From Antechinus flavipes (taxonomy: Eukaryota), in assembly GCF_016432865.1 (NCBI RefSeq), contig NC_067402.1, positions 278,442,001 through 278,506,000 on the forward strand: 64,000 nucleotides of DNA, given 5' to 3'. Under the pieces are notes generated by a model. The model was not told the origin of the DNA and did no database searches. It worked only from the letters and a program-made list of their open reading frames with translations. A program made the position numbers and the translations under genes. Positions within the stretch are counted from its first letter, which is position 1. The number at the start of each line of letters is the position of its first letter. This document shows, one piece after another, positions 24,460-36,703 of this stretch.

Positions 24460-24900
24460 ATTTACATGAACCGATACTGACTGAAGCAAGCAGAACCAAG
24501 AGAACATTGTATACAGTAACAACAAAATTATGTGATGATCATCTGGGATGGACTTGGGTCTTTTCAACATGAGGAGATTCAAGGCAATTCCAATAGACTT
24601 GGGATGGAAAATTCAATCTATGTCCAGAGAGAGACTGAATGTGGATGGAAGCATAGTATTTTCACCTTTTTTTCTTTGTTTATTTTTTCTTGTGTTTTTT
24701 CCCCTTTTGGTTTGATTTTTCTTGCACAGCATGACAAATATGGAAATAAGTTTATAAAAATTTTTGCATATTTAACCTATATCAGATTGCTTGCTGACTT
24801 AAGGAGAGGGAAGGTAAGGGAGGGAGGAAGAAAGCTATGGAACACAAAGTCTTACAAAAATAAATGTTGTATTTGGAAAAAATAAATACTACTAAAAATT
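24460..24900 (+). mobile_element. L1 3' UTR fragment
   Basis: AGCAGAACCAAGAGAACATTGTATACAG..CAATTCCAATAGACTT..GAGACTGAATGTGGA.. followed by an A-rich end. Confidence 0.88.
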
Positions 24901-25664
24901 TAAAAAATAATAATAATAAGTTCCAGGACTTGGGTTCCATTGTCAAGTGTAAGTATGACAACTCCCTAGCTTTGACGTCAGGTGTGACCCTTCCCAATGG
25001 ATTCAGAAGCCCAGCTGGCTAGATACAAAAGTATTTTCTCTTACTAAAAACTAGGATAAATGTAAATTTCCAACTCAAAAGAGTCAACCGCACAGATGCA
25101 GGACAGGGAGTATTGGTTCATATGCACAAGACTGTGTAGTTTTCACAAGGTGCTGACATGGGACCTAAACTCATTGGGCATAACATCCACAGAATCACAA
25201 GAGGACAATCTCATCAGGTTCTAGTGTACGCAGACCATATCTAGAACCCAAAGTTTTCAGTGCTTCATTTAAGTGGAGGAAGGACATGGAACAAAAGGAA
25301 CTTTGGCTAACAAGGAGGGCAGAGAAAGTGTGGAGGTGGAGAAGGAAGAAACAGGAAGAAAACAGGAGAGCCAGCTGCAGGAGTCTGCAAGGCCTTCAGA
25401 TTCAACATGTTCTACTCAGGTCTGGGAGCAAAAGCTAGATAGGTGGATGCTACTGAGAAGCAGATTTTAAGCTGAGCATAAAGATGCTCCTTTAAGAGCA
25501 CCCAAAAAGGCCAGTAGCTGGGCCACCATTGGAGGAAGAATGCCCATCATGCACTAGATCAAGATTGCTCCATCTGCTCAGAGTCAGTTCTGCCTACCTG
25601 ACTCTGAGGTCCCTTCTCACTAACTCTGAGATAACAGTAATTCAGAAGTTAGGCAATGACTTAC

Positions 25665-25772
25665 TGCGGTTGACAATCTGGATGCCAATGTCATTTCCAA
25701 GTTTCCTTTGAGACCGAGAAGTGCTGGGACTAAAATAAAAACTTCAGTCACGTTTTTGAACACCTCCCAGTG
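25665..25772 (-). CDS. SLC41A2: SLC41A2 coding exon 2 (108 nt, [36 protein letters not shown])
   Basis: Acceptor TTCCTTACAG|CAC, donor GCA|GTAAGT. Contains the SLC41/Mgt[21 protein letters not shown] motif. Confidence 0.98.
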
Positions 25773-27717
25773 CTGTAAGGAAAAGAACAGTTCAGATTAG
25801 TTTACAATCTGCCCACCTTCACTTAATGTGCTACACAATGAAAATCAATTTGAAATTTGAAATTTAAATTTGAAAATTATTTTAAATTTGTTTTTCAACT
25901 CCATTGTGGCTAGCTGTGCATGTTTTATAACCAATAGATTTCAAACCATCTGCTCTGTTCTCTCCACATGTCTGGGTTTACTTTAGCAAGCAGCCTGATG
26001 GACAGAATAGGCCCTTCCTGCTACAATAGTGAACAGTGAACTCGATGGTGTTCATGTCACCCAATCTCAGTGGGAGATACTACATGTCCTCAATACTGGA
26101 CTACTGCTTTATCCTTTTGTGGCTTAATTTAATCAACTACAAAATGAAAACAAGCATTTTTTCCCTCCTTCCTGTTAGTCTGGAACATTTATCAAAGAAA
26201 CATTTTCACCTCCCCACTCTAAGTGTGCATTTTTATTGAATGGAAAACAAAGGGCAAAATGATTATAAATGGTTTTGCACCACTAAATTGTTATTGCCAG
26301 CACAATGTTGGTGCCGATAATTGTGATTATGTAAATCTGAAACCTGTAGAAAGACATAATTACCATTGTACAGAATATAAAGGAGTTAGAATTTAATCTG
26401 AAAATCATGCAAAGTGATCAAAGAAAATGAAGACTAAACATGGTTTGTAATTACCAAGAGGACAATGTGGTGCTTTCAAACAAAATCTTTAATCCATGAA
26501 ACAAAAGTATCACAGAAAAACAGAGTTACAAACATGTAACTGTTGACTTTTTTAGAAGAAGTCAACAGTCTCTAGCTATATTACTAAAAAATTCTGTTAT
26601 GCTTTACCAACCAAATAAGTCGATATAGATAGAGATAAACAATTATGGAACAATTGGCAAAGTTGCAATACACTCCTCGCCAAAAAAAAATTACTGGAAT
26701 GACTGGAAAAAGAGAAGCACCACTAGGGAAACTGAATTCATATAACTATTCTGGAAAGTATTTTGGAACTTGACCCAAAAAGCCACAAAAGCAGTCATAT
26801 TCTGATCTAGAAATACCACTATTTGGCACATATCTCCAAGAGGTCAAAGATGGAAGGAGAAAAAGTCACATTACAAAAATATTTACAGTAGCATTTTTTG
26901 TTGTAACAAAGAATTGAAAACAAATTAAGGGGTAGACAAACAGAATAATGACATGTGAATGTAATGGAATATTATTGCACCATGAGGAGTCACGAAAGAG
27001 AGCACCCTGGATCTGAGCATATGAACTATGATGCTGAATGAAGCTAGCCAAACCCAAAGTATCACTTTTATACAACAAGAACAAAAATGGGAAACAATTC
27101 TGGAAAAAGAATTCTGATCAGGGCTCCGGGGCCAAACAATCTGGGAGAATGAGGATGCCAAAAGCTCCTGCTTCTTGGCAATCAGGAAATGGCCTCAGTG
27201 CAGAACCAGGCGAGTGTGCTTGGTCATGCTCGATGCATAAACTGACTTTCCTTGACTATATTTATCTGCTGCAAAGGAAGACTTTTTACTGGGGGCACGG
27301 GAGGAGCCAAGGAGGTAGAGCAGTGATTGTTGGGGGCATGGAGGTGTGTGATAATGATATGTGTAAGGAATAGAAAGAAATGAACCCCAATGAAACATCT
27401 TAAACACAGTCACAAGAGAGGAAGTTCAGGTAACCCAAAGAACTCTCTAAACATCGGATAGAGGCTATAAGCCTGTATCAGTGCTGGATGGGACCCCAGT
27501 TCTGACTACGGAAATACTAAGCGGGAATATAACAAAACAGACGTGGCCTCCAGTCCAAATGGGCACCTCAAAAGCACAGGCCTCCAGGGCCTAGGACTGC
27601 CAGGATTCACCAAACCTGGAGCTTTAGAATAAACTTCAAGGGTTTGCTATGATCTCTAGGATCACCTAGAACTCCATGGGTAGGGCAGGTCCTCCACTCC
27701 TTTAAGATTCAGGTCAA

Positions 27718-27868
27718 GGGACAGCTGGGTAGTATAGCAAATGGAGCAGCAGCCCTGGAATCAGGAGGACCTGATTTCAAATCTGGCCTCAGACACTTAA
27801 CAGTTATAAGTTGTGTGACCCTGGAAAGTCCCTTAATCCCAGTGTCTCAACAACAAAAAAAAAAAAAG
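27718..27868 (+). mobile_element. tRNA-derived SINE (WSINE1-like)
   Basis: Head, AGGAGGACCTGATTTCAAATCTGGCCTCAGACACTTAA body, and poly-A tail. Confidence 0.85.
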
Positions 27869-28449
27869 TTGAAAACTGCCCACCAACCTGAGGTTTTTCC
27901 TGAAGTACAATTCAGATGCCCCATCTCTATCCCTGCACCATATCCCAGTCTTCCTCTTATCCCTGACAAGGTAACTTTCGCATCCCTGGTTCATGTCCAT
28001 GTATGCTTATAAAAACATGTCAATCTCATGCCATATATCAGTCTCCCTTATAATAATGCCAACTCTTTCAAAGCAGGTTATTTTGATTTTGTCTATGCAG
28101 AACCTGGAACATGGTAGATACTTAAGAAATGTTTATTGATGGAGGGATGGAGTTTTGATTTTTTTAAATGAAGAAAAATATTTTTAAAAGGTAAAATATA
28201 GATTAAAGAACTGCCTTGAAATGCAAAAGGCATAGGAAGGGAAGGAGTATGACTTTACAAGTCCTACTGACTGACATTTGGTACCTCTCCTCTCAAGGGA
28301 AATTTCCTGTGTGTTTGTATATCCCTACTAGAAATATCCCTAGCATGCTGTCTCCCAGGTTAGAATGTAAGCTTCTTGACAACAGGGGTTATTTCCATTT
28401 GTAGACTCAAAACCAGCACAATGTCCCACATATAATAATAGGTGCTTAC

Positions 28450-30113
28450 TGTAATATTCTCTCTAAAATGTAATGTTCTCTGTTGAGGTTTTCTTGAGGT
28501 CTTTGGAGGCAGCCTTCATTTCAGTTCAGTAATTATCACATGAGTACAGCTAGAGTTAAAGTCCAAATCCTTTATTGTCTCCTTCAAAGTCCTATCTCCT
28601 TCGGGACTCGGTCAGTTTTTCTGGAGGCCTTCTGGATCTTGGTTTCAGTGGAGAAGTGATAAGAGAGCCTGCCCCCATTTCTCTGTCTTCCCTAGTTCTG
28701 ATTCTGAGTGAGTTTGTCTGAGCTTATATATGCTCTCTTATCAAAGGTGTGAATCTTGTAGAACTATAATAAGTACTAAGTACATGTACTGAACTAGAGA
28801 ACTGTTAAACATCATGCTAAATAACCACTGTCTCTATCAATTCCACTGACTTAGCACCCTGTTTCAAGTTCTGGCCCATAACATCTCCCGCTTTCTTTTG
28901 TTTTTAGAACATAGGTGGTCATGACCTTCCTGACTTCTCAAGGAGGTGAGAACCCCAAACAAGTAGGGGATCATGCCTTCCCAGATTGCTTAAAAAAGGG
29001 GTGAAAGCACCATAAAAGGAGGTGATCATGCCCTCTCTGCCATCTCAGGAAGGGAGATGAAAACACCAAAGGAAATGGGGAATCAAATCAGATTAGCGGG
29101 TTTCTGAAGGTTTTCTCTCTTAAAACAGGTATACATAAATCCATTAACATGGGAGGTATTACACATAATTATATAAATTACATAAGCACATAGTAAAACA
29201 GGCTAGTAGTGATGTAACAAATAACATGAATCAACATGAAGAATTACACATGTCCATAAATCCTAGAAATAGTCCAAAATCAATCTATTGTCCATTACTT
29301 CATGTGTCAGGAATTCAATGATTCCTGCAAGTTTTGAAGTCCTGCAATAGTCTTATTAACAATTTTTCATCTCAGGGAATCTAATGATTCCTGCTGGTTT
29401 TAAAGGTATTTAATAGTCTCATTATCAGCCATGCTCTTTCAGTGTCAGATTTTTTTTTAGGTCTTCTCCTTTGTTTCGAGGTTTTTTCTCTTTTTCGGTC
29501 TCTCTCTAATGGACAAGGCAAATATGGCTCACTGGCCCATTTGATTTCTTCTCAACTGCATAAATACAAGCAAACCCTCTCCCCCAAGCAGTTAACCTAT
29601 CTGGTCTTTTCAATTCACCACTTTCTGGATCTCTCCACATCACCTGGTGATTATCTAAAGATAGTGGAGCTGCTCACACTGGACACTGCCCTTCTGTTGG
29701 GTTATAAAACCTGTCTGCCAGAGCCAGCGCATCTTTATCAAAAATTAAAAAATTAATGGTATAAAGAGCTAAATTTAGAAGTTTTCTAGGATTACCCGTG
29801 GCTTCCCCTTTCTTTTGTTTTTTGAGGAGTGTCTTAATATCTATGTTTCTCCTCTCTACTATTGCCTGACCTTGAGGATTAAAAGGTATGCCAGTGATGT
29901 GTAAAATCTTATACTATGCACAAAAGTGTGCAAAATATTTAGAAGTGTACGCAGGTCCATTGTCTGTTTTTATTGCTTGTGGCACACCCATAATTGCAAA
30001 TGCTTGTGTAAGGAATTCAGTGACCACTCAGGCTGTCTCTTTTGCTGCTGGTATGGCAAAAGTAAATCCTGAAAAAGTATCTACCACCTTGTTTCAAGTT
30101 CTGGCCCATAATA
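28450..30113 (-). mobile_element. Internally deleted class II (betaretrovirus-like) ERV provirus
   Basis: Full 3' LTR 28450-28883; polypurine tract (PPT) 28884-28907; integrase remnant; 29-nt 5' LTR stub 30085-30113; TSD CTTAC/TTTAC. Confidence 0.9.
29506..30087 (-). pseudogene. Retroviral integrase catalytic core plus C-terminal domain (194 codons, 3 internal stops, no frameshift)
   Basis: [71 protein letters not shown]; D-D-E triad present. Confidence 0.93.
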
Positions 30114-31589
30114 TTTACTAAATGCTGATTTGTTGATTCAACAATAAACCAGAGTATAATTGTTTACTCAGTTGAGGAAGTTTATATAAATCAGAAACAA
30201 AAAAATCTTTGAAGAAACCTGTGTTATTTTTTCTCCATCTTCCTCTGAAAAGTGAAATAAGGGCCAGAGGATGCTAGATAGGAATCAGTCCCACTTTGAA
30301 AAACAAGAAGTGACATCCCCAAGAGTACAACGCCAGTAGAAGAACAGCACTGAGCCCCAGTATCCTGACATTTACCCCACTGCTCTCTCACTAAGCATGA
30401 GTATTCTTGATCAAGAGCTGAAATACCAAAACCGCAGTGGAAGAAACCAGATATCGTCATTTTGATATACTGTGTTCAGAAGACTATAGGCAAAACTCTC
30501 CTAGTCTTGCTGTTCTTCTGTCTGCCTACTCTTTGAAACCTTGTCAATCTGACCTTTAAAAGCTCAAGCCAGCTTTTCCCTCAGCACCTACTCCTTTAGT
30601 TCCCCTAGCAGAAGAATAGCGCTATTCAGAGTTTTAGTCTGAGAAACACAAAGCTGATACTGAATCATTCAAACCAGATTCCAAGGATGACAATAAAGAC
30701 TTTTCAATTTCTCCTCATTAAAGTAAATAAAGTTGCCCAGCTAACATTAGAAGTTCAAGGGCCAGCAGCTCGTATGCACACGGCTTGGGAGCAGTCAGGT
30801 CCTTCTGCTTCCTTTCTGGAAAATGAGGAAATCTAATCCAATAATGAAACACTTCCTCTGTCCCAAACTCCTATGTGTGAATTGTGTAAGGGCATACAAG
30901 GTAGATATACTAAGCCCTGATTACAAAGAGCTTAGAACCAAAAAAAGTAATCAGCAAGTATCCCCAATACTCTGCTATAAGAATAAGTGAGAAGTTGGGG
31001 TCCCAAAAAGATTGAGTTCTAGATGTTGCAAGGTCTCAAAAAATTTGCAGGCTCAGACCTGTCTCCAAGGGGACAAAGTGTATTATATTGTAACCCCAAT
31101 TAAAATGGGCTAAATTCCAAAAGAAGATAGCAAAGAATCGGAAACAAGAAGATAAATTTATAGGAAAAACTTAGAGAAACCAAGTGCTTTATGTCACTGA
31201 TATACTAATTTTATGGCTTAGAGGTGGAGTTGAAAAGTAGTCTGGTTCTGAATTTGTGTACAGATGTAATACCTATAATTCTCTGGGCAGAGCTCAAGAG
31301 AGAAATCTTCCAGAGGTGTGTTTTTAGGCCTGAAATGTCGCTACCTCAAGTGACAAACAACCAATTTTGTTCCTGCCTCTGTCAACCTCATTATTGTTGC
31401 TCATTAGTCTCAGAAACTTTATCACTGCCTAAGATAGCTGTTATCTGACAGCCAGCAATATTTGTAGGCACAGCATCTTGGTCATATAGAGTAAACTGGG
31501 GCAGGATAACCTATGGGAAGAAATACATCATTTTCAACTATATCACTCCCAAGGCCAGGGGGCCGTAGAATTATTACTATATCTCCCCT

Positions 31590-32000
31590 AGAAACTGCAC
31601 CACATCAGCTCTTTTCAATAATAAGTGATTCAAGGCAGTTCCAATAGACTTGTGATGGAAAGTGCCATCCATATCCAGAGAGAGAACTATGGAGAATGCC
31701 ATCATAACATAATATTTTCACCTTTTTGTCATTTGTTTGTTTGGTCTTTTTTTTTCTCTCGTGGTTTTTTTGCCACGAGTTGATTTTGAGTTGATTTTTC
31801 TTGCACAATATGATTAATATAGAAATACATTTATTGCACATGCTTAATCTATATCAGACCGCTTGCTGTCTAGAGGAAGAGGAAGAAAAATTTGAAATGC
31901 AAAAATTTGGAAAACAAGGTTTTGCAAAGGTGTGTGTTGAAAACTATCTTTGCATATATCTTGAAAAAATAAAAATACTATTAAAAAATAAAAGGATAAA
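31590..32000 (+). mobile_element. L1 3' UTR fragment
   Basis: CAATAGACTTGTGATGGAAAGTGCCATCC..CAGAGAGAGAACTATGGAG..GAAAACTATCTTTGCAT. Confidence 0.85.
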
Positions 32001-32967
32001 ATCAGTGAAAAGAAGAATATAGAGAGAAAAGAAAGAGATCCTAGGTTGCAACACACCCCCTTAAGAAGCAGGAAAATCAAGTGACCTCAGTTTCCTCAAT
32101 TGTAGAGCAGCTACCTCTTAAGGTTATTGTGAAAATCAAATGAGTTAATATTTGTAAAGCATTCTGTAAACTTTAAAGTGTTACAAAAATGTCAGCTAGC
32201 TATTACTTAAAGGAAACAACATGTGCAAAGATCAGAAAATTCAACAAACTATATACCAAGTTGATTTGAAATTATTTTGTCAGAAGGGCCCTAACCAATC
32301 ATAAGTGAGAAGTATTGTGAAAGGCTGCAACAAAAAATAGCACATGAGTTGAGCCTTGTGTAGACCTAGAGAGCCTAGGAAGGATTTGAGGCATGGAAGG
32401 CAACCTATACAAAAACATGGAGGGAGAGACTGAATATCATGCATGGGAAACAGTAATCCAAAATGTCTAGATTGAAATAGGGAAACCAAGGGGAACTAAA
32501 GATTGAATGTCATGCATGGGACACAGTCAGTAATCGAGTCTGTTTAGACTGAAGTTAAGGGGAACTAAGGCTAGAGTCATATTATAAAGGGCTTTCAGCA
32601 TCAAACAGAAAGCTCATATTTGATGCTAGAAACAAAAGGAACCCAGTTTCTTGATCAGAGGGGAATGACCATAAGACCTATACTATGGGATGATCCATTT
32701 GGCAATTCTGTAGTAGAGATAGTAGAAAATAGAAAGACTAGTTACTAGGAGAACTACTGTTAGAAGAGATCCTAAAGGCTGTCTAGTCCAGATGAGGAAA
32801 CTGAAACCCAGAGAGGTCAAATGACTTCTTCAAGATCACCCAAGGAACAATAAGTGTAAGAGATTAACGACCTCGAGGATGATAGCCAGGAAAAAAGGGT
32901 GTTGATGCTTAGGGGATAGAGATGGTAACAGTATGATTTGACAACTAACAAGGGGCTGATGGTATGA

Positions 32968-32975
32968 AACACACA

Positions 32976-33021
<46 letters not shown>
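32968..33021. repeat. (CA)n microsatellite
   Basis: Read directly. Confidence 0.95.
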
Positions 33022-33024
<3 letters not shown>

Positions 33025-33236
33025 TTTTAATTAATTTACTAACATACTAAAATCAGAGAGGAATCAGACTTCACTCTGGTTCAGACCACACTTGAAGTAC
33101 TGGGGGCCATATGTCTCACATCTCTGACTTAGGTCAGAGTCATGCACATGTGGATGTGGAGAAGGATTCATAAAGCAGTCACATGGCAGGATGACCAAAA
33201 GAAAATTAGGTTAAAAAAAAACCCAGGGGGTGGGAG

Positions 33237-33370
33237 GGGAGGCAGTAAGATGGTGCAGTGGATAGAACACTGAAGTCAGGAAGACCTGAGTTCAAATCTG
33301 ACTTCAGATACTTAATAATTCCTAACTGTGTGACCCTAGGCAAGTCACTTAACCCCAACTGCCTCAGAAA
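33237..33370 (+). mobile_element. tRNA-derived SINE (WSINE1-like)
   Basis: GGCAGTAAGATGGTGCAGTGGATAGA..GAGTTCAAATC..GTGTGACCCTAGGCAAGTCACTTAACCCC. Confidence 0.88.
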
Positions 33371-33414
33371 AAAATACAAAACAAAAGCAAAAACACCCAG
33401 GGAGGAGGGAAAAG

Positions 33415-34520
33415 AGGGATACTAATACATTGTTGATGGAGCTGTAAAATGATCCAACCATTCTGGAGAACAACTTGGAACTCTGCCCAAAGGTCTACTG
33501 CATAATCATAATTGTACTGAAGCATTTAAGGGCTTAGGGAGGAACACAGAGCTCTGTCAGCTGCAGCGTTCTCATCCAGAGAAGACTTCAGACTTTGATC
33601 CAGCAGTGTCTCCACTAGGTCTGTATTCCAAAGAAATCATAAATCATGTGCAAAAGTTTGTAGCAGTCCTAGCAAGGAATTAAAATTGAGTGGATGCCCA
33701 TCAACTAGAGAATGAATACGTTATGGTATGTGAATGTAATATTGTTCTATAAGAAATGAGCAGGCTGACTTCAGAAAATCCTGGAAAGACTTACATAAAC
33801 TGATGCTAAACGAAGGGAGCAGAACCAAGAAAACACTGTAGACAATAACGAGATTCTGTGATGGAGTTGGCTCTTCTGCCTGTGGTGATTTAAGGCAATT
33901 GCACCAGATTTGGGATGGAAAATGTCACCTGCACCCAGTGAGAGAACTATGGAGACTCAATGTGAATTGAAGTGTCGCAGATGGAACTCTGGAAAGGTAT
34001 ACTTGAATCACAGCATGGTGCTTATGGCTGCTCATGTTCAATGTGATGCAGTGAGGTAATCGTACTGAAGGATTTAAGAGCTGAGGGAGAGACACAGAGC
34101 TCTGTCAGCTACAGCATTCTCAGTCAGATAAGACTTCAGGCTCCAGACTCCAGAGTCCAGACTCCATCTTTGACCAACCAAGTGGTGGCTCTCCTGCCTC
34201 TTTCACTTCTACATCTAAAGACCAAGGACTATGGCTGATCTTAAGGTCCTCCAGAAAGCTAGCCTGGACATTATATTCAAGAACAGTATTTTCACTTTTT
34301 GTTTGTTTTCTTTCTCTTAGTTTATTTTTTTCCCTTTTGGTTTGATTTTTCTTGCGCAATATAAAAAACATGGAAATATATTTAAAAGGATTGCACGTAT
34401 TTAACCTATATAGATTACTTGCTATCTGGTAGATAAGAAAGGGAAAGAAAAAAATTTGGAACACAAAATCTTTCAAAAATGAATGCTGAAAACTATCTAT
34501 ACATGTATTTTAAAAATAAT
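33415..34520 (+). mobile_element. L1 ORF2 end/3' UTR carrying a nested LTR and an 83-bp templated insertion
   Basis: L1 consensus resumes collinearly after each interruption (CTTTGATCCAGCAGTG at 33593; AGTATTTTCAC at ~34285). Confidence 0.88.
33973..34275 (+). mobile_element. Solo LTR (~303 bp) nested in L1
   Basis: TGTCGC...CATTATA termini; near-TSD TTGAAG/TTCAAG; 3' part resembles the other LTRs (CTCCAGAAAGCT..ACATTA). Confidence 0.7.
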
Positions 34521-36006
34521 ATTAAATTTTAAAAAACATAATATTTTAAAAATTAAAATAAAATTAGATTTAATTTTTTTAAAAATTAAACCCAGAGACA
34601 AAGACTACAGGAAGAAGGGTGAGCCAGTCAATAAGGTCAACTGCTGCAGATAGATCAACAAAGAAGAACTGAAAAACTAAGAACTGAGAAAAGAGCATTA
34701 AATTTTAATAACTAACCAATCCACTAGTAACCCTTGTAGAAAAGGTTCATTTTAATGGTGGCATCAGAAAAAAAATTTGCAAAGAGGCAAAAATATAAGT
34801 GAGATGTGGATATGGATATAGATATGGAAAGAATATGGAAACAAATGTAGACAGCTATTCCTAGGATTTGGGAAGTGAAAGCCAACAGAATTATGGGATG
34901 ATCTTTTAAGTATGTGGTTGAATCAAGTGAAGCAAATAGCCAGGAGGAAAAAAGATGGCTCAGCATCAAATATCACAGATTGGTCTCAAAAAGTTGAAGA
35001 TAGAGAAAAGGCCCCAGGACACATTTGGTGACATGAAGAATGCTCAGTGGCACTGAAAAAGAGCAGTGTCAGTAAAGTGGTGATGATGGAAGCCTCTCTA
35101 CTCCATGAGAGCACATGGCAAGAGGAGTGGTGAGGAATGAGTTAGCAGATGCAGAAAGTACCAATTACTCTGAGGTTGGGAGTGAAGAATAGAGGTAGGA
35201 TGGCAAGACTTAAAAGAAAATTCCGTATTTTCTTTTTAGGACAGAGAATGCTAATAGGCTTAGGGGAAAACTTACCCAAAAGGAAAAGAATGAAACTTCA
35301 TAAAATGAAAAATGCTCAATGGAGCAAAAGTGATTAGAAGAGATATAAAAGATTCTGAAACAAGTAACCTGCTACCTTTTTACTAATAGAAAGCAATTTT
35401 CAAATTAGTATCCACATGAGTAATATCTACTTAGTAGAAGTGAAAGTTGTGAGAAACAAGAATATAACAAAAGGCAAAAAAGTAGAGTCTGATGAAACGC
35501 AAACAGGTTCTCATTTATATTTCATAAACTGATCCTTTAAAAGGCATTTACTTAAATCAAACCAAATAAATGTGAAAGGGATAACTTTGGACTAATGTGA
35601 AAGGTGGTAGCATCAAACTTTAAAAATTTATCAACAGCAAAAAAAAAAAAAAAAAAAAACCTCAGTGCTGGTGGGGCTGTGGGAAAACAGGCAGATGCTG
35701 TTAACCAGCATTTAAAGAAGTATCTATAACCAGTTTATTCATGTTTTTGTATTCTGTTATTCATTGATGATGCTACATTACTGTTTTCATGGTCAGAATC
35801 ATGCTGGTCTTTCAGAAGTTCAAAAATTACAAAGCCTCCCTATTTTATATTTTACCAGAGCACTATTCTATTTATTTTGCAAGCCGATTGATATAATTTT
35901 AAATCTTTCAGATCATTGGCCAATAAACCCTAAACATCTTTATCTTCTGCAATAAGACAGATCTGGAAAGCAGATTAATTAAAATGCAAAAAAAATGAGC
36001 ACTCAC

Positions 36007-36540
36007 CTGTACTATGTCTAAAACCATGCCAGCTGAAACTGTTCCAAATCCTGCCAGCAGAAATGGCACCAGGATCTGTAAGGCCATCGTGCCACTGGAC
36101 TCCTTTGGCAATCTGTGATTCCCTTCCCCAATGAGATCTTCGTCACCATCACTAGACATGTCTTCATTTTTTAACATGACAGCTGTTTCTGAATTCTCCC
36201 TTCCATCACAGTAATTATAGTTAGCATAGTCATCATACTTTGGGCTACAGCTTGATGGAACATGTCCGTTATTGCCATGAAAAGATTGCTCTGAAAAATG
36301 ATGGTACTCCATGTGTTGATCTGTTCTTATGTTAAATGTCTGTGCTGAGGCTGGCAGGCCATCTTGCCAAATGCCATCTTGATTTTTATGATAAATGACA
36401 GGCACCATACTCAATAGAAAGCTTAAAAATGTGTCAGGCTGAACTGTATTTAAATGGAGAGTCCAATTTACCAATCTTTCTCCACTGTTGACTATGCCGC
36501 TGGTTCTGTTTGTGATAGCTCTTCCTTTACTATTAGTCAT
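36007..36540 (-). CDS. SLC41A2: SLC41A2 first coding exon (178 codons, [10 protein letters not shown]...[10 protein letters not shown])
   Basis: Translation matches the recalled SLC41A2 N-terminus ([62 protein letters not shown]). ATG at 36540; donor CAG|GTGAGT at 36007/36006, phase 0. Confidence 0.97.
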
Positions 36541-36703
36541 ATTGTTGTCACAATGCCCCTGTCCTTGTGCTCCGTGGGTCTCAACGTGCATGAGAAAACA
36601 GCAGGTGACTCAAATACAAACAGGGCTTTAAAGCAAAGAGCAGACAAAAGCCAATGACTTCAGTGATCTAAAATGTTTGGTAATTTCACAGACAGAATTT
36701 GAC
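36541..36703 (-). other. SLC41A2: 5' UTR portion of the first coding exon (whole exon 36007-36703)
   Basis: Strong acceptor TTTTTTCTTTTTCTTTTCCAG|GTCAAA at 36704/36703 on the minus strand. Confidence 0.8.

Noticed and set aside
29888-30121. + strand 77-aa ORF ([10 protein letters not shown]...)
   Set aside because: Antisense shadow of the integrase remnant on the minus strand.
35908-36006. C-terminal extension of ORF 35908..36591 ([13 protein letters not shown]...)
   Set aside because: Read-through into the intron past the GTGAGT donor at 36006.
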